Origin: an uncultured bacterium
GTDB taxonomy: Bacteria; Patescibacteriota; Minisyncoccia; Phycocordibacterales; GWA1-40-21
Assembly (NCBI GenBank): GCA_903831305.1
Contig: CAIKXE010000004.1
Span: 9,026 to 73,025 of the forward strand
DNA: 64,000 nucleotides
Direction of reading: 5' to 3'
Shown: one piece after another, positions 1 to 10,348 of the stretch
Layout of the letters: every line of letters starts with the position of its first letter
Numbering within the stretch: the stretch's first letter is position 1
Translations under genes and position numbers: made by a program
Notes under the pieces: generated by a model
The model's input: the letters and a program-made list of their open reading frames with translations, nothing else
Databases searched by the model: none
Told to the model about the DNA's origin: nothing

Positions 1-475
1 CATACAAATCTACCTTTTCTCCGGTGGCGAAGCCAGAGGCAATCTCATCACAGCGCTCATTCCCGGCCACCCCCACGTGACCACCGACATAGTTCCACTT
101 AATCTTTCTATCTTTGATTAGTTCCGCCAGTTTTTCCCAGATATCTTTATTTAAAACTTCTTTTTTTTCTTTTGTTTTCCACCCATTTTTCTGCCAACCA
201 TAAATCCAGCCGGTAACACCGTTGATTAAATATTTAGAATCAGTATAGACTTCAACCTCCCTCAGTCCCCCCTCATCTGATAGGGGAAGGTGAGAAAGAG
301 CTTCCACGGCCCCGGTTAGCTCCATTCGATTATTAGTAGTCTTTTTTTCTCCACCGCCAAGCTCGATAACTTTTCCTTCCGGTAAAACTACCACGGCTCC
401 ATATCCCCCCGGTCCCGGATTCCCTTTTGACGCCCCATCTGTGAAAATTATTATTTTATTTTCCTTGTTTTGCAT
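1..475 (-). CDS. rnhA: Ribonuclease HI (runs off the window start)
   Basis: Manual translation: MQNKENKIIIFTDGASKGNPGPGGYG...TNNRMEL...TDSKY...GHVGVAGNERCDEIA, the RNase H catalytic motifs. Not in the ORF track because it is truncated. Confidence 0.95.
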   Translation of the reverse strand, partial: MQNKENKIIIFTDGASKGNPGPGGYGAVVVLPEGKVIELGGGEKKTTNNRMELTGAVEALSHLPLSDEGGLREVEVYTDSKYLINGVTGWIYGWQKNGWKTKEKKEVLNKDIWEKLAELIKDRKIKWNYVGGHVGVAGNERCDEIASGFATGEKVDLY

Positions 476-482
476 AAAAAGA

Positions 483-2300
483 TTATAGCACAATTTCTAC
501 ATCCACAATTCTAAGCCGGAGTTCGGCAAAACCACGGAAGGTGGATTTTTCAAAGTTGGCCAGAAGGTTTATTCTATTGCCCACTTTTAGGGCGGGTCCA
601 TAATCAGTGTCCTTGGTAAAAAAACCAATTGCTTTGACGTCCCGCCCGCGGGAATTTTTAAATAACAACTCCAGATGATTTGCCTCCTTACCAAACATTT
701 TAACGCCTTCAATCATTACCTTTTCAAATAAGAATAAAGGTTTAGGATTCCCTACTCCGTAGGGGGCCAATTTTTCAATCAACCGATAATTTTCATTTGT
801 CACCTCATCAAAACTAATCTTGGCATCAGCAGTTATTTCTTCAGTCTCGATTTTACTTTTTATAATTACTTTTTCATAAGCTAACTGTAGTTTTTCTTCC
901 AACAAATGAACTTTTTCCTGCACCACGGAAAAACCACCAGACATATTATGCCCACCAAATTCTTCAAATATCCCCGCTTCCACTTCCATCATCAAATCAA
1001 TCACACTGGTACAACCATCACCCCGGCAAGAACCTTTTAAAATATTTCCACCATCCCGGCCCCAGAGAAATACTGGCCGAGCATGATCATCCACTAAAGA
1101 GTTAGCCACCAGCCCCAAAAGAGATGGCTTCCACTCTGGATTGCCGATAACTACAACTTTTTTTTCGGTCGTACCGTCAGAATATCTCTCCCGCATTATC
1201 TTCCGGACTTCTTTGACTATTCCCGCCACTACCCCTTTTCTTTCATTATTAATATGATCCAAGTGGCGAGCTAAAATATCCGCTTCTTCATCTGTCTTGG
1301 CCACAAATAATCTAAAAGCATCCTCTGGGTCACCCATCCGCGAAGCGGCGTTAATTCGTGGTGAAATAGAAAAACCGATATCATCCTCGGTAATATTTTT
1401 TTGCTCAATTTTTAACAAAGACAAGAGTTTCATTAGTCCCACCCGCGGAGATTTACGCAAAACCTTTAAACCATAAAATGCCAAAGCTCGGTTCTCCCCA
1501 ACGAGCGGAACCATATCAGATAAAGTAGCAATCCCCACCATGTCTAAAAACCATTTTTCGTGACCGCTTTTAATTGCTGACAAAATACCCAGAATACCCT
1601 CGGAATGATTAGCCCGCCTGCCGACTTCTAATGGCGGGCAGGTCTGCGTTAAATGGAGAGGGTGTTGTGGGGATTTTGTCAGCAACATGGCTTGAACTAA
1701 TTTGAAGGCCACACCGGCCCCACATAAATCTTTAAATGGATATTTACTATCTGTCCGCTTGGCGTCAATGACAGCGATGGCATCCGGCAAAACCTTACCT
1801 GGTTCATGGTGATCTGTAATAATCACATCAATTCCGTGCTCCTTTGCCCGAGCCACCTCGGCCACATCCGCAATGCCACAATCTACGGTAATAATCAAAC
1901 CTACTTTATCTACTTTAAACTTCTCTATCGCCTCATGATTTAAACCAAATCCCTCCAAGTGCCGATGTGGAATATAATTGGCAAAATCCGCATAACCAAT
2001 TTTTTCAAAAAAATCATGGAGGATTACTCCCCCGGGAATACCATCCGCATCATAATCACTGAAAATAACTATTTTTTCTTTTTTTTCGATTGCCAGCAAA
2101 ATCCGCTCCACGGCAACAGCCATATCAGGTAAAAGAAATGGATCATTTAAATCTCGTTCATAATCCGGCTCTAAAAACTCTTCGGTTTCCTCCTTAGTTT
2201 TGATTCCCCGGTTCCACAGTAAAATTTTTAGCAATTCTGGATACCCGGCTAGTTGTTCTAACCTTTTTTCATCTCTAATTTTTGACTTAAACTCTGACAT
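483..2300 (-). CDS. recJ: ssDNA-specific exonuclease RecJ, with an in-frame palindromic insertion
   Basis: DYDADG, ITVDCG, TDHH, PRINAASR, GSCR, FGGH and PYGVGNP motifs. Confidence 0.95.
   Translation of the reverse strand: MSEFKSKIRDEKRLEQLAGYPELLKILLWNRGIKTKEETEEFLEPDYERDLNDPFLLPDMAVAVERILLAIEKKEKIVIFSDYDADGIPGGVILHDFFEKIGYADFANYIPHRHLEGFGLNHEAIEKFKVDKVGLIITVDCGIADVAEVARAKEHGIDVIITDHHEPGKVLPDAIAVIDAKRTDSKYPFKDLCGAGVAFKLVQAMLLTKSPQHPLHLTQTCPPLEVGRRANHSEGILGILSAIKSGHEKWFLDMVGIATLSDMVPLVGENRALAFYGLKVLRKSPRVGLMKLLSLLKIEQKNITEDDIGFSISPRINAASRMGDPEDAFRLFVAKTDEEADILARHLDHINNERKGVVAGIVKEVRKIMRERYSDGTTEKKVVVIGNPEWKPSLLGLVANSLVDDHARPVFLWGRDGGNILKGSCRGDGCTSVIDLMMEVEAGIFEEFGGHNMSGGFSVVQEKVHLLEEKLQLAYEKVIIKSKIETEEITADAKISFDEVTNENYRLIEKLAPYGVGNPKPLFLFEKVMIEGVKMFGKEANHLELLFKNSRGRDVKAIGFFTKDTDYGPALKVGNRINLLANFEKSTFRGFAELRLRIVDVEIVL
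1574..1685. repeat. Nested palindromic element in-frame within recJ (family C hairpin containing a 30-bp family E element)
   Basis: Arms TTGCTGACAAAAT.../...ATTTTGTCAGCAA; core CTCGGAATGATTAG...GTTAAATGGAGAG; inner CCCGCCTGCC-N10-GGCGGGCAGG at 1613-1642. Confidence 0.85.
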
Positions 2301-2367
2301 TAGGTGATTATAGCAAAAATTTCATCTAATGACTTAAAAACATAAGAAATAGATACCCAAAATTCTA

Positions 2368-4107
2368 CTAGGGTGTACAAGCATCACCGGTTACACAACT
2401 CGTCGTGTAAATACACTGCTTGGGACTAGGAGTAGAGATATATGAGAACATACAACCAGGAGGGGGGCCTGCGAATGTCTCACATGTAGAAGGAGGAGTT
2501 AGCGGTGAACCAGAACAAGTTGGCAAAACAGGTGCTGGTTCGTTGCAAATTATGCCTGAAGGAGCACAGGTAAAGTTTGTGGGGTTATAAACACACTGCA
2601 TTGGATTAGTGATTGACTCCCAGCTATTATTACAAGCGGCCGGACCAGCAAGTATCGTCGAGCAACCGCTTAAAGTCTCTGAGCCATAGCAGGCTATCGG
2701 ATCAGCAACCACCGTAAAGGGAAGTGTAGTCTCTACATCCCCTTCGGAACAGATGCCATCAATAGGACGAGAACAATAAAAACTAAATATTGTGCTATAT
2801 GATCCGGAAGTCGGTGGAGCAGTCAAACCAACATTCCACTTTTCAGTAGAAGAATCGTAAGTGGCATTTTGGCTTCCTGCTTGATCGTATGACCAATACT
2901 GGACACCAAAACCCCTATCTGGAGCACCAACCAGACCGTCTGAAGCTATTGTGCTGATAACATAAGTCATTGCTTCACCAGGAGAGTATGAAGCTTTATG
3001 ACCACTGATAGTCATAGAGTCTGCGGTTAGGTCCGGTCCGGCGGGTGGCTGATCAGCCGTCCACCTGGCATACAAAGTAATATTGACAGAACCCATCACC
3101 GAAGTAGAACCTGGCGTTTGATCCATACCCGTACCGTCGGCAAGCCAATTCCAACTAGCAAAGGTATAACCAGTTTTAACAAGAGAACCAGTGTTGCCTA
3201 AAATTGTAAATAAATCCCCGTTAGCATAATTATTTGAATCAACCGGCACTGAACCACCAGTATTACCGTTACCGCTATAAGTAACACTGTATGTAACAGC
3301 TCCCGGAAGCTCGCCCGCGGTAGGCAAACAATCATCATATGTCACCGTCGCTGTACCAGATTGTGGTATAAAACCAGTGTATTGTCCAGCTGGACCAGTA
3401 TTACTAAAAAATGGTGCATCACTTGGGGAACCGGGCGTAGTACCGATCAACCAGAGAGAATTAGCACTATTATAATAAACACTGTAAGTGCCAGTGTCTC
3501 TAGAGTAAACCGGCTGACCATTAGTACTTCCGTTCTCATAATAATTTCCTGCCACTGAGACATTACCACCGGTGACAACATAACCAGGAACACCAGAAGA
3601 ACAGGCCACTCCCCCCGTACCAACTTCGTCAGCCACACCACAATCAGCCGCACCCGGGGCACTATTCTTGGCCTGTGACTTGCCCGTACTATCTACACAC
3701 CACCCACCACCAGTGACTAGGGCATGCCACATAGAGTAAGCATTGATTTCCCCGCCAGCGGTAGCATCAGAATAACAAATAGGAACAACAGACAAACCAT
3801 CAATCGCCGGCCAAGCCCAAGGGGTCATCAAGTCCCCAAAAGCAGAGTTACTCACCAGTCCCTCACAACCATTATCACTCGTAGCTATACCATAACCACT
3901 ATTACCAAAAGCCAAACCAGAAGCGACTCTGATACTTGATAACTGACTTTTGATAAGTGTATCCCTAGATTTATTCCTAGCCGAATTTATAGAAATAATA
4001 ACCACCGAGGCTAAAATAGAAATAATTGATATAACGACTAAAAGCTCTATAATAGTAAACCCTCTCACCAACTTTTTTTTTAACTTATTAGTCACCCTTT
4101 TAATCAT
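2368..4107 (-). CDS. Type IV pilin-like protein with a Listeria-Bacteroides (InlB B-type) repeat and Cys-rich C-terminus
   Basis: G|FTIIELLVVISIISILAS prepilin motif; WCVDSTG; YSVTYSGNG...GYTFASW...TLYARW repeat. Confidence 0.85.
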   Translation of the reverse strand: MIKRVTNKLKKKLVRGFTIIELLVVISIISILASVVIISINSARNKSRDTLIKSQLSSIRVASGLAFGNSGYGIATSDNGCEGLVSNSAFGDLMTPWAWPAIDGLSVVPICYSDATAGGEINAYSMWHALVTGGGWCVDSTGKSQAKNSAPGAADCGVADEVGTGGVACSSGVPGYVVTGGNVSVAGNYYENGSTNGQPVYSRDTGTYSVYYNSANSLWLIGTTPGSPSDAPFFSNTGPAGQYTGFIPQSGTATVTYDDCLPTAGELPGAVTYSVTYSGNGNTGGSVPVDSNNYANGDLFTILGNTGSLVKTGYTFASWNWLADGTGMDQTPGSTSVMGSVNITLYARWTADQPPAGPDLTADSMTISGHKASYSPGEAMTYVISTIASDGLVGAPDRGFGVQYWSYDQAGSQNATYDSSTEKWNVGLTAPPTSGSYSTIFSFYCSRPIDGICSEGDVETTLPFTVVADPIACYGSETLSGCSTILAGPAACNNSWESITNPMQCVYNPTNFTCAPSGIICNEPAPVLPTCSGSPLTPPSTCETFAGPPPGCMFSYISTPSPKQCIYTTSCVTGDACTP

Positions 4108-4188
4108 AGAGATAATAATAACATAAAATATGCTTTTGCACTTTAAATTGGAGAGCTTCCAGCATAGAAAATATAAAAAGTAAGCCTG

Positions 4189-5199
4189 TTATGGGGCTAA
4201 ACAAATAACACCAGCTACACAACCATTAATAGTCCACTCACACCGTTTAGGGGTCGTTAGATTTTGCCAAGAATTATTACAAGCAATAGGAGGGGCCATA
4301 CCCAACGAAGCACAAGTATTGTTATTGGCAATCCTTGTGGGAGGGCAAGCTGATGCAGGTATCGATGGCTCTACCACCATAAAAGAAAGTGTAGTCTCTA
4401 CCTGTGCAGTAGAACAGATACCATCATTAGGACGAGAACAATAAAACTTAAAGGTTAAACTATGCGGACCCGTACCACTCGGAGCAGTCAGACTAGCCGT
4501 CCATAATTTAGTTAAAGAATCATAGCTACCTATACTATAATTTGTTCCGCCATCAAATGAGTATTGGATACCAAAACCTCTATCAGGACCAGTAGACCCG
4601 CCGTCAGAGGCTGTTGCACTAATAGTGTAATTCATTGACCCTCCAGGAATGTATGAGGAAACACCACCACTAACACTAATAGAACCAGCTGTTAAGGAAG
4701 TAATTACGGCCGGTGGTAGCCCATCTACGTCTCCACAGTCAACAGAGTTTGGCGCACTATCTCTAGCTTGTGACTTACCCGTACTATCCACACACCACCC
4801 ACCACCAGTCACTAGGGCATGCCACATAGAATAAGCCGTGATTTCTTTATTTGCCAAGGCATTGGAATAACAGGTAGGAACAACAGATAAACCATCAGTC
4901 GCCGGCCAAGCAGAAGGAGTCATTAAACCCTTAAGGGCAGAATTATTAACCATACCCTCACAACCATTATTAGTATTAGCTAGACCATAACCACCATTAC
5001 TGCTAAAAGCCAGACCAGTGGCCGCCCTAATACTTGATAACTGACTTTTAATAACAGTATCTTTAGATTTATTCCGCGCGGAATTTATAAAAACTAAAAC
5101 AATAGAAGTTAAAAAGGCGATGATGGAGATAACAACCAAAAGTTCTATGATAGTAAACCCTCGGTTCTTACTCTGTGAGTATGTAAAATCTTTTTTCAT
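4189..5199 (-). CDS. Type IV pilin-like protein, paralog of the adjacent pilin
   Basis: G|FTIIELLVVISIIAFL; shares YSMWHALVTGGGWCVDSTGKSQA with 2368-4107. Confidence 0.85.
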   Translation of the reverse strand: MKKDFTYSQSKNRGFTIIELLVVISIIAFLTSIVLVFINSARNKSKDTVIKSQLSSIRAATGLAFSSNGGYGLANTNNGCEGMVNNSALKGLMTPSAWPATDGLSVVPTCYSNALANKEITAYSMWHALVTGGGWCVDSTGKSQARDSAPNSVDCGDVDGLPPAVITSLTAGSISVSGGVSSYIPGGSMNYTISATASDGGSTGPDRGFGIQYSFDGGTNYSIGSYDSLTKLWTASLTAPSGTGPHSLTFKFYCSRPNDGICSTAQVETTLSFMVVEPSIPASACPPTRIANNNTCASLGMAPPIACNNSWQNLTTPKRCEWTINGCVAGVICLAP

Positions 5200-5237
5200 A
5201 GTAATAACTATAACATAAAATATGCTATAATATTAGT

Positions 5238-5567
5238 ATGAAAGATGAAAATTGTATATTTTGTAAAATAGTAGCTAAGGAGGTGCCAGCGGAAATCCTC
5301 TTTGAAAATAAAAATTTAATAATTCTTCAGGATATAAAGCCCTCGGCCCCTTTTCATCACCTGATAATCCCCAAAGAGCATATCCAGTCCGTAGCTCACT
5401 TAGAAGAAAATGACCGGGAGATTATTGCGGATTTATTTTTTGCTGCCCGTGATGATGCTAAAAAAGCCGACCTCAAGGGCTACAAAACCATATTTAATGT
5501 CGGCCGAGAGGGCGGACAAATCATTGACCACTTGCACCTCCACCTCATGGGTGGGTGGGCTAAATAA
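5238..5567 (+). CDS. HIT family (Hint-like) nucleotide-binding protein
   Basis: CIFCKI N-terminus and HLHLHLMGG histidine triad. Confidence 0.92.
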   Translation: MKDENCIFCKIVAKEVPAEILFENKNLIILQDIKPSAPFHHLIIPKEHIQSVAHLEENDREIIADLFFAARDDAKKADLKGYKTIFNVGREGGQIIDHLHLHLMGGWAK

Positions 5568-6600
5568 TACTCTCAATCTGAAACTTTTTATTTAAATTCA
5601 CTTTTTTAAGGATCACTTTTTCTATTCTTTTACTACCCGGATTTATTTCTACCTCTAAGAGCCCGCCTTGCATCGTCTCGGGAGAAAAATACTGATCAAA
5701 GATAAAGTTACCCAGACTATATATAATGTAGACATTTTTATATTGCTCTAACGTCTGTACCACATGCGGATGGTGACCGATAATCAGATCCGCCCCGGCG
5801 TCTATAGCCAGCTTTGCATATTTCTGTTGAAAATCATTCGGCAATTTTTCATACTCCTCACCAAAGTGATATGAAACTACTACTAAATCAGCCTCTGCTC
5901 TAGCCTTACTAACACTCTCCGCTATTTCTTTTTCTAATACCATAGCCATACCCGGACGAGTGGAAGTACTGTTTACTCCCCCATCTCTAAACTGACTAAA
6001 GGTCAGAAAAGCTACCTTTACCCCCTCAACGTTAATAACCTTTCCAGCATAAGCCTCTGAACCTGAAAACCCCCCGCCCACATAGGTAATACCATTTTCT
6101 GCTAGCCTACTTAGGGTATCGGTAAAGGCTTCCCCTCCCCAATTAAAAGTATGATTGTTAGCCACCGAAAAGACAGTAAAGCCAACGGCCTTTAAGGCAG
6201 GCAAGACCTTGGGATCAAAACGAAAGGAATATAGGCCACCCTGATCCACCCCACGGTCTGAAATCGGCCCCTCTAGATTAGCAAACAACAAATCATAATT
6301 GCTCAGCTGATCAGCCACCTCGGAAAAAAGCCCGGCATAATCGCCGGCAAAATTTTTAGAGACCGAGCTTTTCACCCCGCGATCAAGCATCATATCCCCG
6401 ACAAAAGCCACCGTCAGGTGACCATCAATCCCCGCCTTAGTTAAGGCGGGGCGGTTGTATTCTGTTAAATCCGCCACAGTGGCGACCTTGGGAACCTTTA
6501 TTGGACTTATAAAATAAAAACAAAAAAGGTTAATTACAAAAAAAGTTAAAACAAAAACGCCCAGACCCCAGATAATTTGTTTTTTTAGATTAGTCCACAT
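5560..6600 (-). CDS. CapA/PGA_cap family metallophosphatase-fold protein, membrane anchored
   Basis: VGDMML, NLE, ANNH, HFGEEY, GHHPH and YSLGNFIFDQ motifs; N-terminal TM segment. Confidence 0.9.
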   Translation of the reverse strand: MWTNLKKQIIWGLGVFVLTFFVINLFCFYFISPIKVPKVATVADLTEYNRPALTKAGIDGHLTVAFVGDMMLDRGVKSSVSKNFAGDYAGLFSEVADQLSNYDLLFANLEGPISDRGVDQGGLYSFRFDPKVLPALKAVGFTVFSVANNHTFNWGGEAFTDTLSRLAENGITYVGGGFSGSEAYAGKVINVEGVKVAFLTFSQFRDGGVNSTSTRPGMAMVLEKEIAESVSKARAEADLVVVSYHFGEEYEKLPNDFQQKYAKLAIDAGADLIIGHHPHVVQTLEQYKNVYIIYSLGNFIFDQYFSPETMQGGLLEVEINPGSKRIEKVILKKVNLNKKFQIESII

Positions 6601-7357
6601 TCTTTAGCAATTCACCAAACTTTCTGGCGTTCAAACTCTCTCGGCCGACCAAAAGACCCTGAATCTGGCCGGAGATAATCATCTCGCGAGCATTATTGTG
6701 ATTCACCGAACCGCCATAAATAATAGGCACGGTAATAGCCACCTTTTGATCATAAATTTCAGTCAAAACTTTTTTTATAAATATTGATGTTTCATAAATA
6801 TCCCCCGGTTTCATCGCCTCCTCTTCACCCTTACCGATCGCCCAAAGAGGCTCATAAGCTATGATTATTTTAGTTAAAAATCTTTTGGGTAATTTGCCAA
6901 GGGAATTAATAATTTGCCCACGTAAAAAATGCAGATAATCCCCGTGCAGGTCTCTCTCTTTTTCCCCTATGCACAAAATTGTTTTCAAACCCACTTTGCT
7001 GGCCGAAGATACTTTCTTGGCCACTACTTCATCTGTCTCCCCTAATTCCCGTCTTTCAGAATGACCTAATATTACATAGCCTTCGCCTGATAACATTCCT
7101 CCACTTATTTCACCAGTATAAGATCCGCTCTTTTCCCAAAACATATCCTGCGCCCCCAAAATAACAGCCGAGGAAGCCAAACCAGAATTTACTTTCTCCA
7201 AGTCAGATAAATAAACATAAGGTGGACAAATCACTACCTGAGTATTCTTTAAAGCCTTAGTCTCCTTCTTTATATCTTTAAAAATAGTTAAAGCGGAGCT
7301 GACATTTTCCGGATTCATCTTCCAATTTCCCACCACCAATATCTTATTTTTCTTCAT
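6590..7357 (-). CDS. tpiA: Triosephosphate isomerase (start reassigned to MKKNK at 7357)
   Basis: GNWKMN, GHSERR, AYEPLWAIG and YGGSV motifs; TGGTATAAT lies just upstream of the ATG at 7357. Confidence 0.93.
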   Translation of the reverse strand: MKKNKILVVGNWKMNPENVSSALTIFKDIKKETKALKNTQVVICPPYVYLSDLEKVNSGLASSAVILGAQDMFWEKSGSYTGEISGGMLSGEGYVILGHSERRELGETDEVVAKKVSSASKVGLKTILCIGEKERDLHGDYLHFLRGQIINSLGKLPKRFLTKIIIAYEPLWAIGKGEEEAMKPGDIYETSIFIKKVLTEIYDQKVAITVPIIYGGSVNHNNAREMIISGQIQGLLVGRESLNARKFGELLKNVD

Positions 7358-7391
7358 CCTAAAATTATACCATAAAATAAAAATTATATGG

Positions 7392-10298
7392 CTAGTTACG
7401 AACACAGCGGACAGAAAAACCATAATCTTTATCATGAGTGCTATTACGCTCAATAGTGGGTAGGCCTGACTCTAATATACGTGACCAGGCCCTGTTATTA
7501 CCATTCGGAGTAGATGACCAGATATAGGCGGCCGAATCCAAAAAGTTAAATCGGCTCGTATTTGTTGAAGGATAACGGTAACCAGACAGAAGAGCCTTAA
7601 ACAGTCCTACCCCTGATTTTAAAGTAGTACCCTCATTTGTTCCGCGATCGCCGGTGGTAGTCGTATCATAAGGAAAATCCGTAGTGCAAGTCCCTGAAGT
7701 ACAAACCGTCCGTTCCAGAGTGGTAAACTCCTCATGAGTAGGGATATGCCAGCCGGCCGGGCAGAGACCTTGGGTCCCGGGTGTCGTTATGCCACACATC
7801 GCCTGAGTCCACTGATATAAACCACCGTCACTGGTACAGTTGCTTTCAGTGTTACTATAACAATATTTTCTGATTGTGGTGCAGGTATTATTTTGATTAC
7901 TAGTAGCTGAAATAATAGTTCCGACATTTATATTTTCCGCCATCCAGCATTGGAGACCAATCAAGTTTATAGCGTAAGATTTGCCGTCTCTCGTATCCAA
8001 GGTAGTTCCACTACAATTTTCTAGCCAAACAGCGTATAAGGTACTACTAGATACACCCATGCTATATGTCCCCGTATCAGGATAAGCGATACTTCCTATT
8101 GTACTGGTGGCCCAACCAGCAAAGAAATATCCATCTCTGGTAAAACTGTTAGCAGTCAAACTTGCTTCCTCCCCGGTTACTATTATTTGAGGGGTCATGA
8201 CTCCCGTACCACCATTAGCATTAAAAGAAACAGCCGGACCCAGAGCCACCCACTCGGCATATAGGGTCACATTAGAGGCACCAATAATGAAGGCTGAGGA
8301 AGTGGCACGGCTAGTACCAGTACCATCAAGTGAAGTATTCCAACCAGAAAAATAATAACCGGTCCGAGCCAGATCCTCAGTGTTATCAAGGACCGTCACA
8401 ATATCACCTACTTCATAAGCATTGTGATCTACCGGGACAAAACCTCGAGTGTTACTGTTACCACTATAAGTGACCGTATAAACACTGACTGGGGTATATT
8501 CACTGGGAGTAAAAGCGATTTCTCTTTGTTGCCATGAGCTATTAATATTTATAGTCTCGCTCACGGGCTGATAGTCAGCCTTGGCCAAAGACAAATTATA
8601 ATTACCAGACAAAAGACCAGTAAAGAAAACCTGGCCGGGTGGTACACAGTCCGAGGTAAAGGTAAACGACACATCTGAAACCGTGGGCGTTTTAGTCAGA
8701 TCCGCCGTTTGTAAAAATATTTTATAACGTAAATAGCGGTCTCCATCATGATTTGAGTTTATCTCTTGACTGGTCACCGTATAAAAAGTGTCAGCCGTAC
8801 CATCTGGTCCCTTAAAATTCCAAACTTCACCACCACTATTGGTCGCCACTTGAAGCCGAATACTATCCAATCCCGTCTCCGCTGGCTGATCCTCTGGCTG
8901 CCACGAAATTTTATGAAAATTACTAGCTGACCCCGTATCAAAAGTAGAGGAGATAAGCCAAGTAGAAGTGGCATATTCACCCAAGGTGCTTTTTAGTTTA
9001 ATGGTTCCACCAAAACTAGAAATATCCGCATTACCGTCGGAGTCAAAATATTTGGCCGGATCAGAAAAATGGTCTTGACCAGCTCCACCAGCCCAATCCG
9101 TCTGACGTAAAAAGCCTCGGCCAGTAATGTAGGTCGTATCATACTCTGCCCCGGTCAGATTTACCGCTACCTCAGAAAGAGGCAGCCCCGTGGAAACATC
9201 TTTAACCGTGATAAGCAAGCTCTGCGGACTCTTAGGGCTAAGAATCAGCTTGACGGTCTGGATAGTATCAGGGCTCAAGGTAAAAGTATTGGCCGGAATA
9301 ACCCCAGCCAGATCATAAGTATCATCTGTCGTGGTTAGCTTGTAGGTATCCCAATCTAGGCCGGTGATACTTTCCTCCCCAGCACTATCAGTCGTAAATA
9401 AATCATCAAATTTGTAAATGTCCACTCCAATCAGTTTTTCACCGTGCAAAGAAAAATCAAAATTTGGCACAACCAAACAAGTATCACTGACGCTTGATAT
9501 CTGGAGAGTACTGGCTTTATCTATAAAAAAACTAATTTGGGTCAATTGTTGGAGACTGACCGTGGCATGGGTTTTGACCGGGTTTGGGTTAGCTGGCTCG
9601 CCGACGGGATATGTCCGCTCGGTAGTATAACCATCTTTAGAAACCGTTATCTCATAGACCTGTACCCCGGGTGGGGCATCCACAATCTGTAGCAAACCAT
9701 CATTATTAGTCACATCATCAATGACAAAGCTTGGCACAACACTATTATTTTCCACGTGGACGGAAGCACCCGGTAAGGGCACGCCATTGGCATCAAAAAC
9801 CTTGATAAACAAGGCGCCGTTAGTGGAAGCACTTTCCAGATTTTTAGGACCAATATAAGTAGTCACATTTATCGGAGGGAAATTACGGCATAAAGCACAG
9901 GTTATCTCTAATTCGGCTAATTTATAATCCGCTGGTGAGGTATCATTGACCATTCCACCGAGCTCCCCGTCAAAGGGGTCATCAATGTTTCTGATAGTTG
10001 TTATAACGACAAATTCCTTACCGTCACGAATCAAAGTCTGAGTATAAGGGATCTTGCCGGGGGGCAGGCCTCCAGCGATACCGACATCAGCATAAGGCAG
10101 ATTCCGCATTATTTCAAACTGTTCATTGGCCAAAGCAGTAGCGGTCACTTTTATACGCGAAACCCGTATTACGTCCATTGCTAATTTGTAACCCTGATAA
10201 ACAGAGAGCGCCAAAATAACAAAAATAGCACTACCAACTAAGACCTCTACCAAAGTCATCCCTTTATTTTTTACTCTAAAAAAATTTAACTTGAACAT
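7392..10298 (-). CDS. Minor pilin-like protein with carboxypeptidase-regulatory-like domains, two Listeria-Bacteroides repeats and a C-terminal Fib_succ_major (FISUMP) domain
   Basis: G|MTLVEVLV; DTRDGKSY...IGLQCWMAEN, GGLYQW, CPAGWHIPT and GFSVRCVR motifs. Confidence 0.8.
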   Translation of the reverse strand: MFKLNFFRVKNKGMTLVEVLVGSAIFVILALSVYQGYKLAMDVIRVSRIKVTATALANEQFEIMRNLPYADVGIAGGLPPGKIPYTQTLIRDGKEFVVITTIRNIDDPFDGELGGMVNDTSPADYKLAELEITCALCRNFPPINVTTYIGPKNLESASTNGALFIKVFDANGVPLPGASVHVENNSVVPSFVIDDVTNNDGLLQIVDAPPGVQVYEITVSKDGYTTERTYPVGEPANPNPVKTHATVSLQQLTQISFFIDKASTLQISSVSDTCLVVPNFDFSLHGEKLIGVDIYKFDDLFTTDSAGEESITGLDWDTYKLTTTDDTYDLAGVIPANTFTLSPDTIQTVKLILSPKSPQSLLITVKDVSTGLPLSEVAVNLTGAEYDTTYITGRGFLRQTDWAGGAGQDHFSDPAKYFDSDGNADISSFGGTIKLKSTLGEYATSTWLISSTFDTGSASNFHKISWQPEDQPAETGLDSIRLQVATNSGGEVWNFKGPDGTADTFYTVTSQEINSNHDGDRYLRYKIFLQTADLTKTPTVSDVSFTFTSDCVPPGQVFFTGLLSGNYNLSLAKADYQPVSETININSSWQQREIAFTPSEYTPVSVYTVTYSGNSNTRGFVPVDHNAYEVGDIVTVLDNTEDLARTGYYFSGWNTSLDGTGTSRATSSAFIIGASNVTLYAEWVALGPAVSFNANGGTGVMTPQIIVTGEEASLTANSFTRDGYFFAGWATSTIGSIAYPDTGTYSMGVSSSTLYAVWLENCSGTTLDTRDGKSYAINLIGLQCWMAENINVGTIISATSNQNNTCTTIRKYCYSNTESNCTSDGGLYQWTQAMCGITTPGTQGLCPAGWHIPTHEEFTTLERTVCTSGTCTTDFPYDTTTTGDRGTNEGTTLKSGVGLFKALLSGYRYPSTNTSRFNFLDSAAYIWSSTPNGNNRAWSRILESGLPTIERNSTHDKDYGFSVRCVRN

Positions 10299-10348
10299 TT
10301 TATTTTCTCTCTATATATTTTAGCATATTTAATGCTATAATTCTCCCT

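Noticed and set aside
7392-7560. Complete diversity-generating retroelement
   Set aside because: No template repeat or reverse transcriptase was seen in the window.
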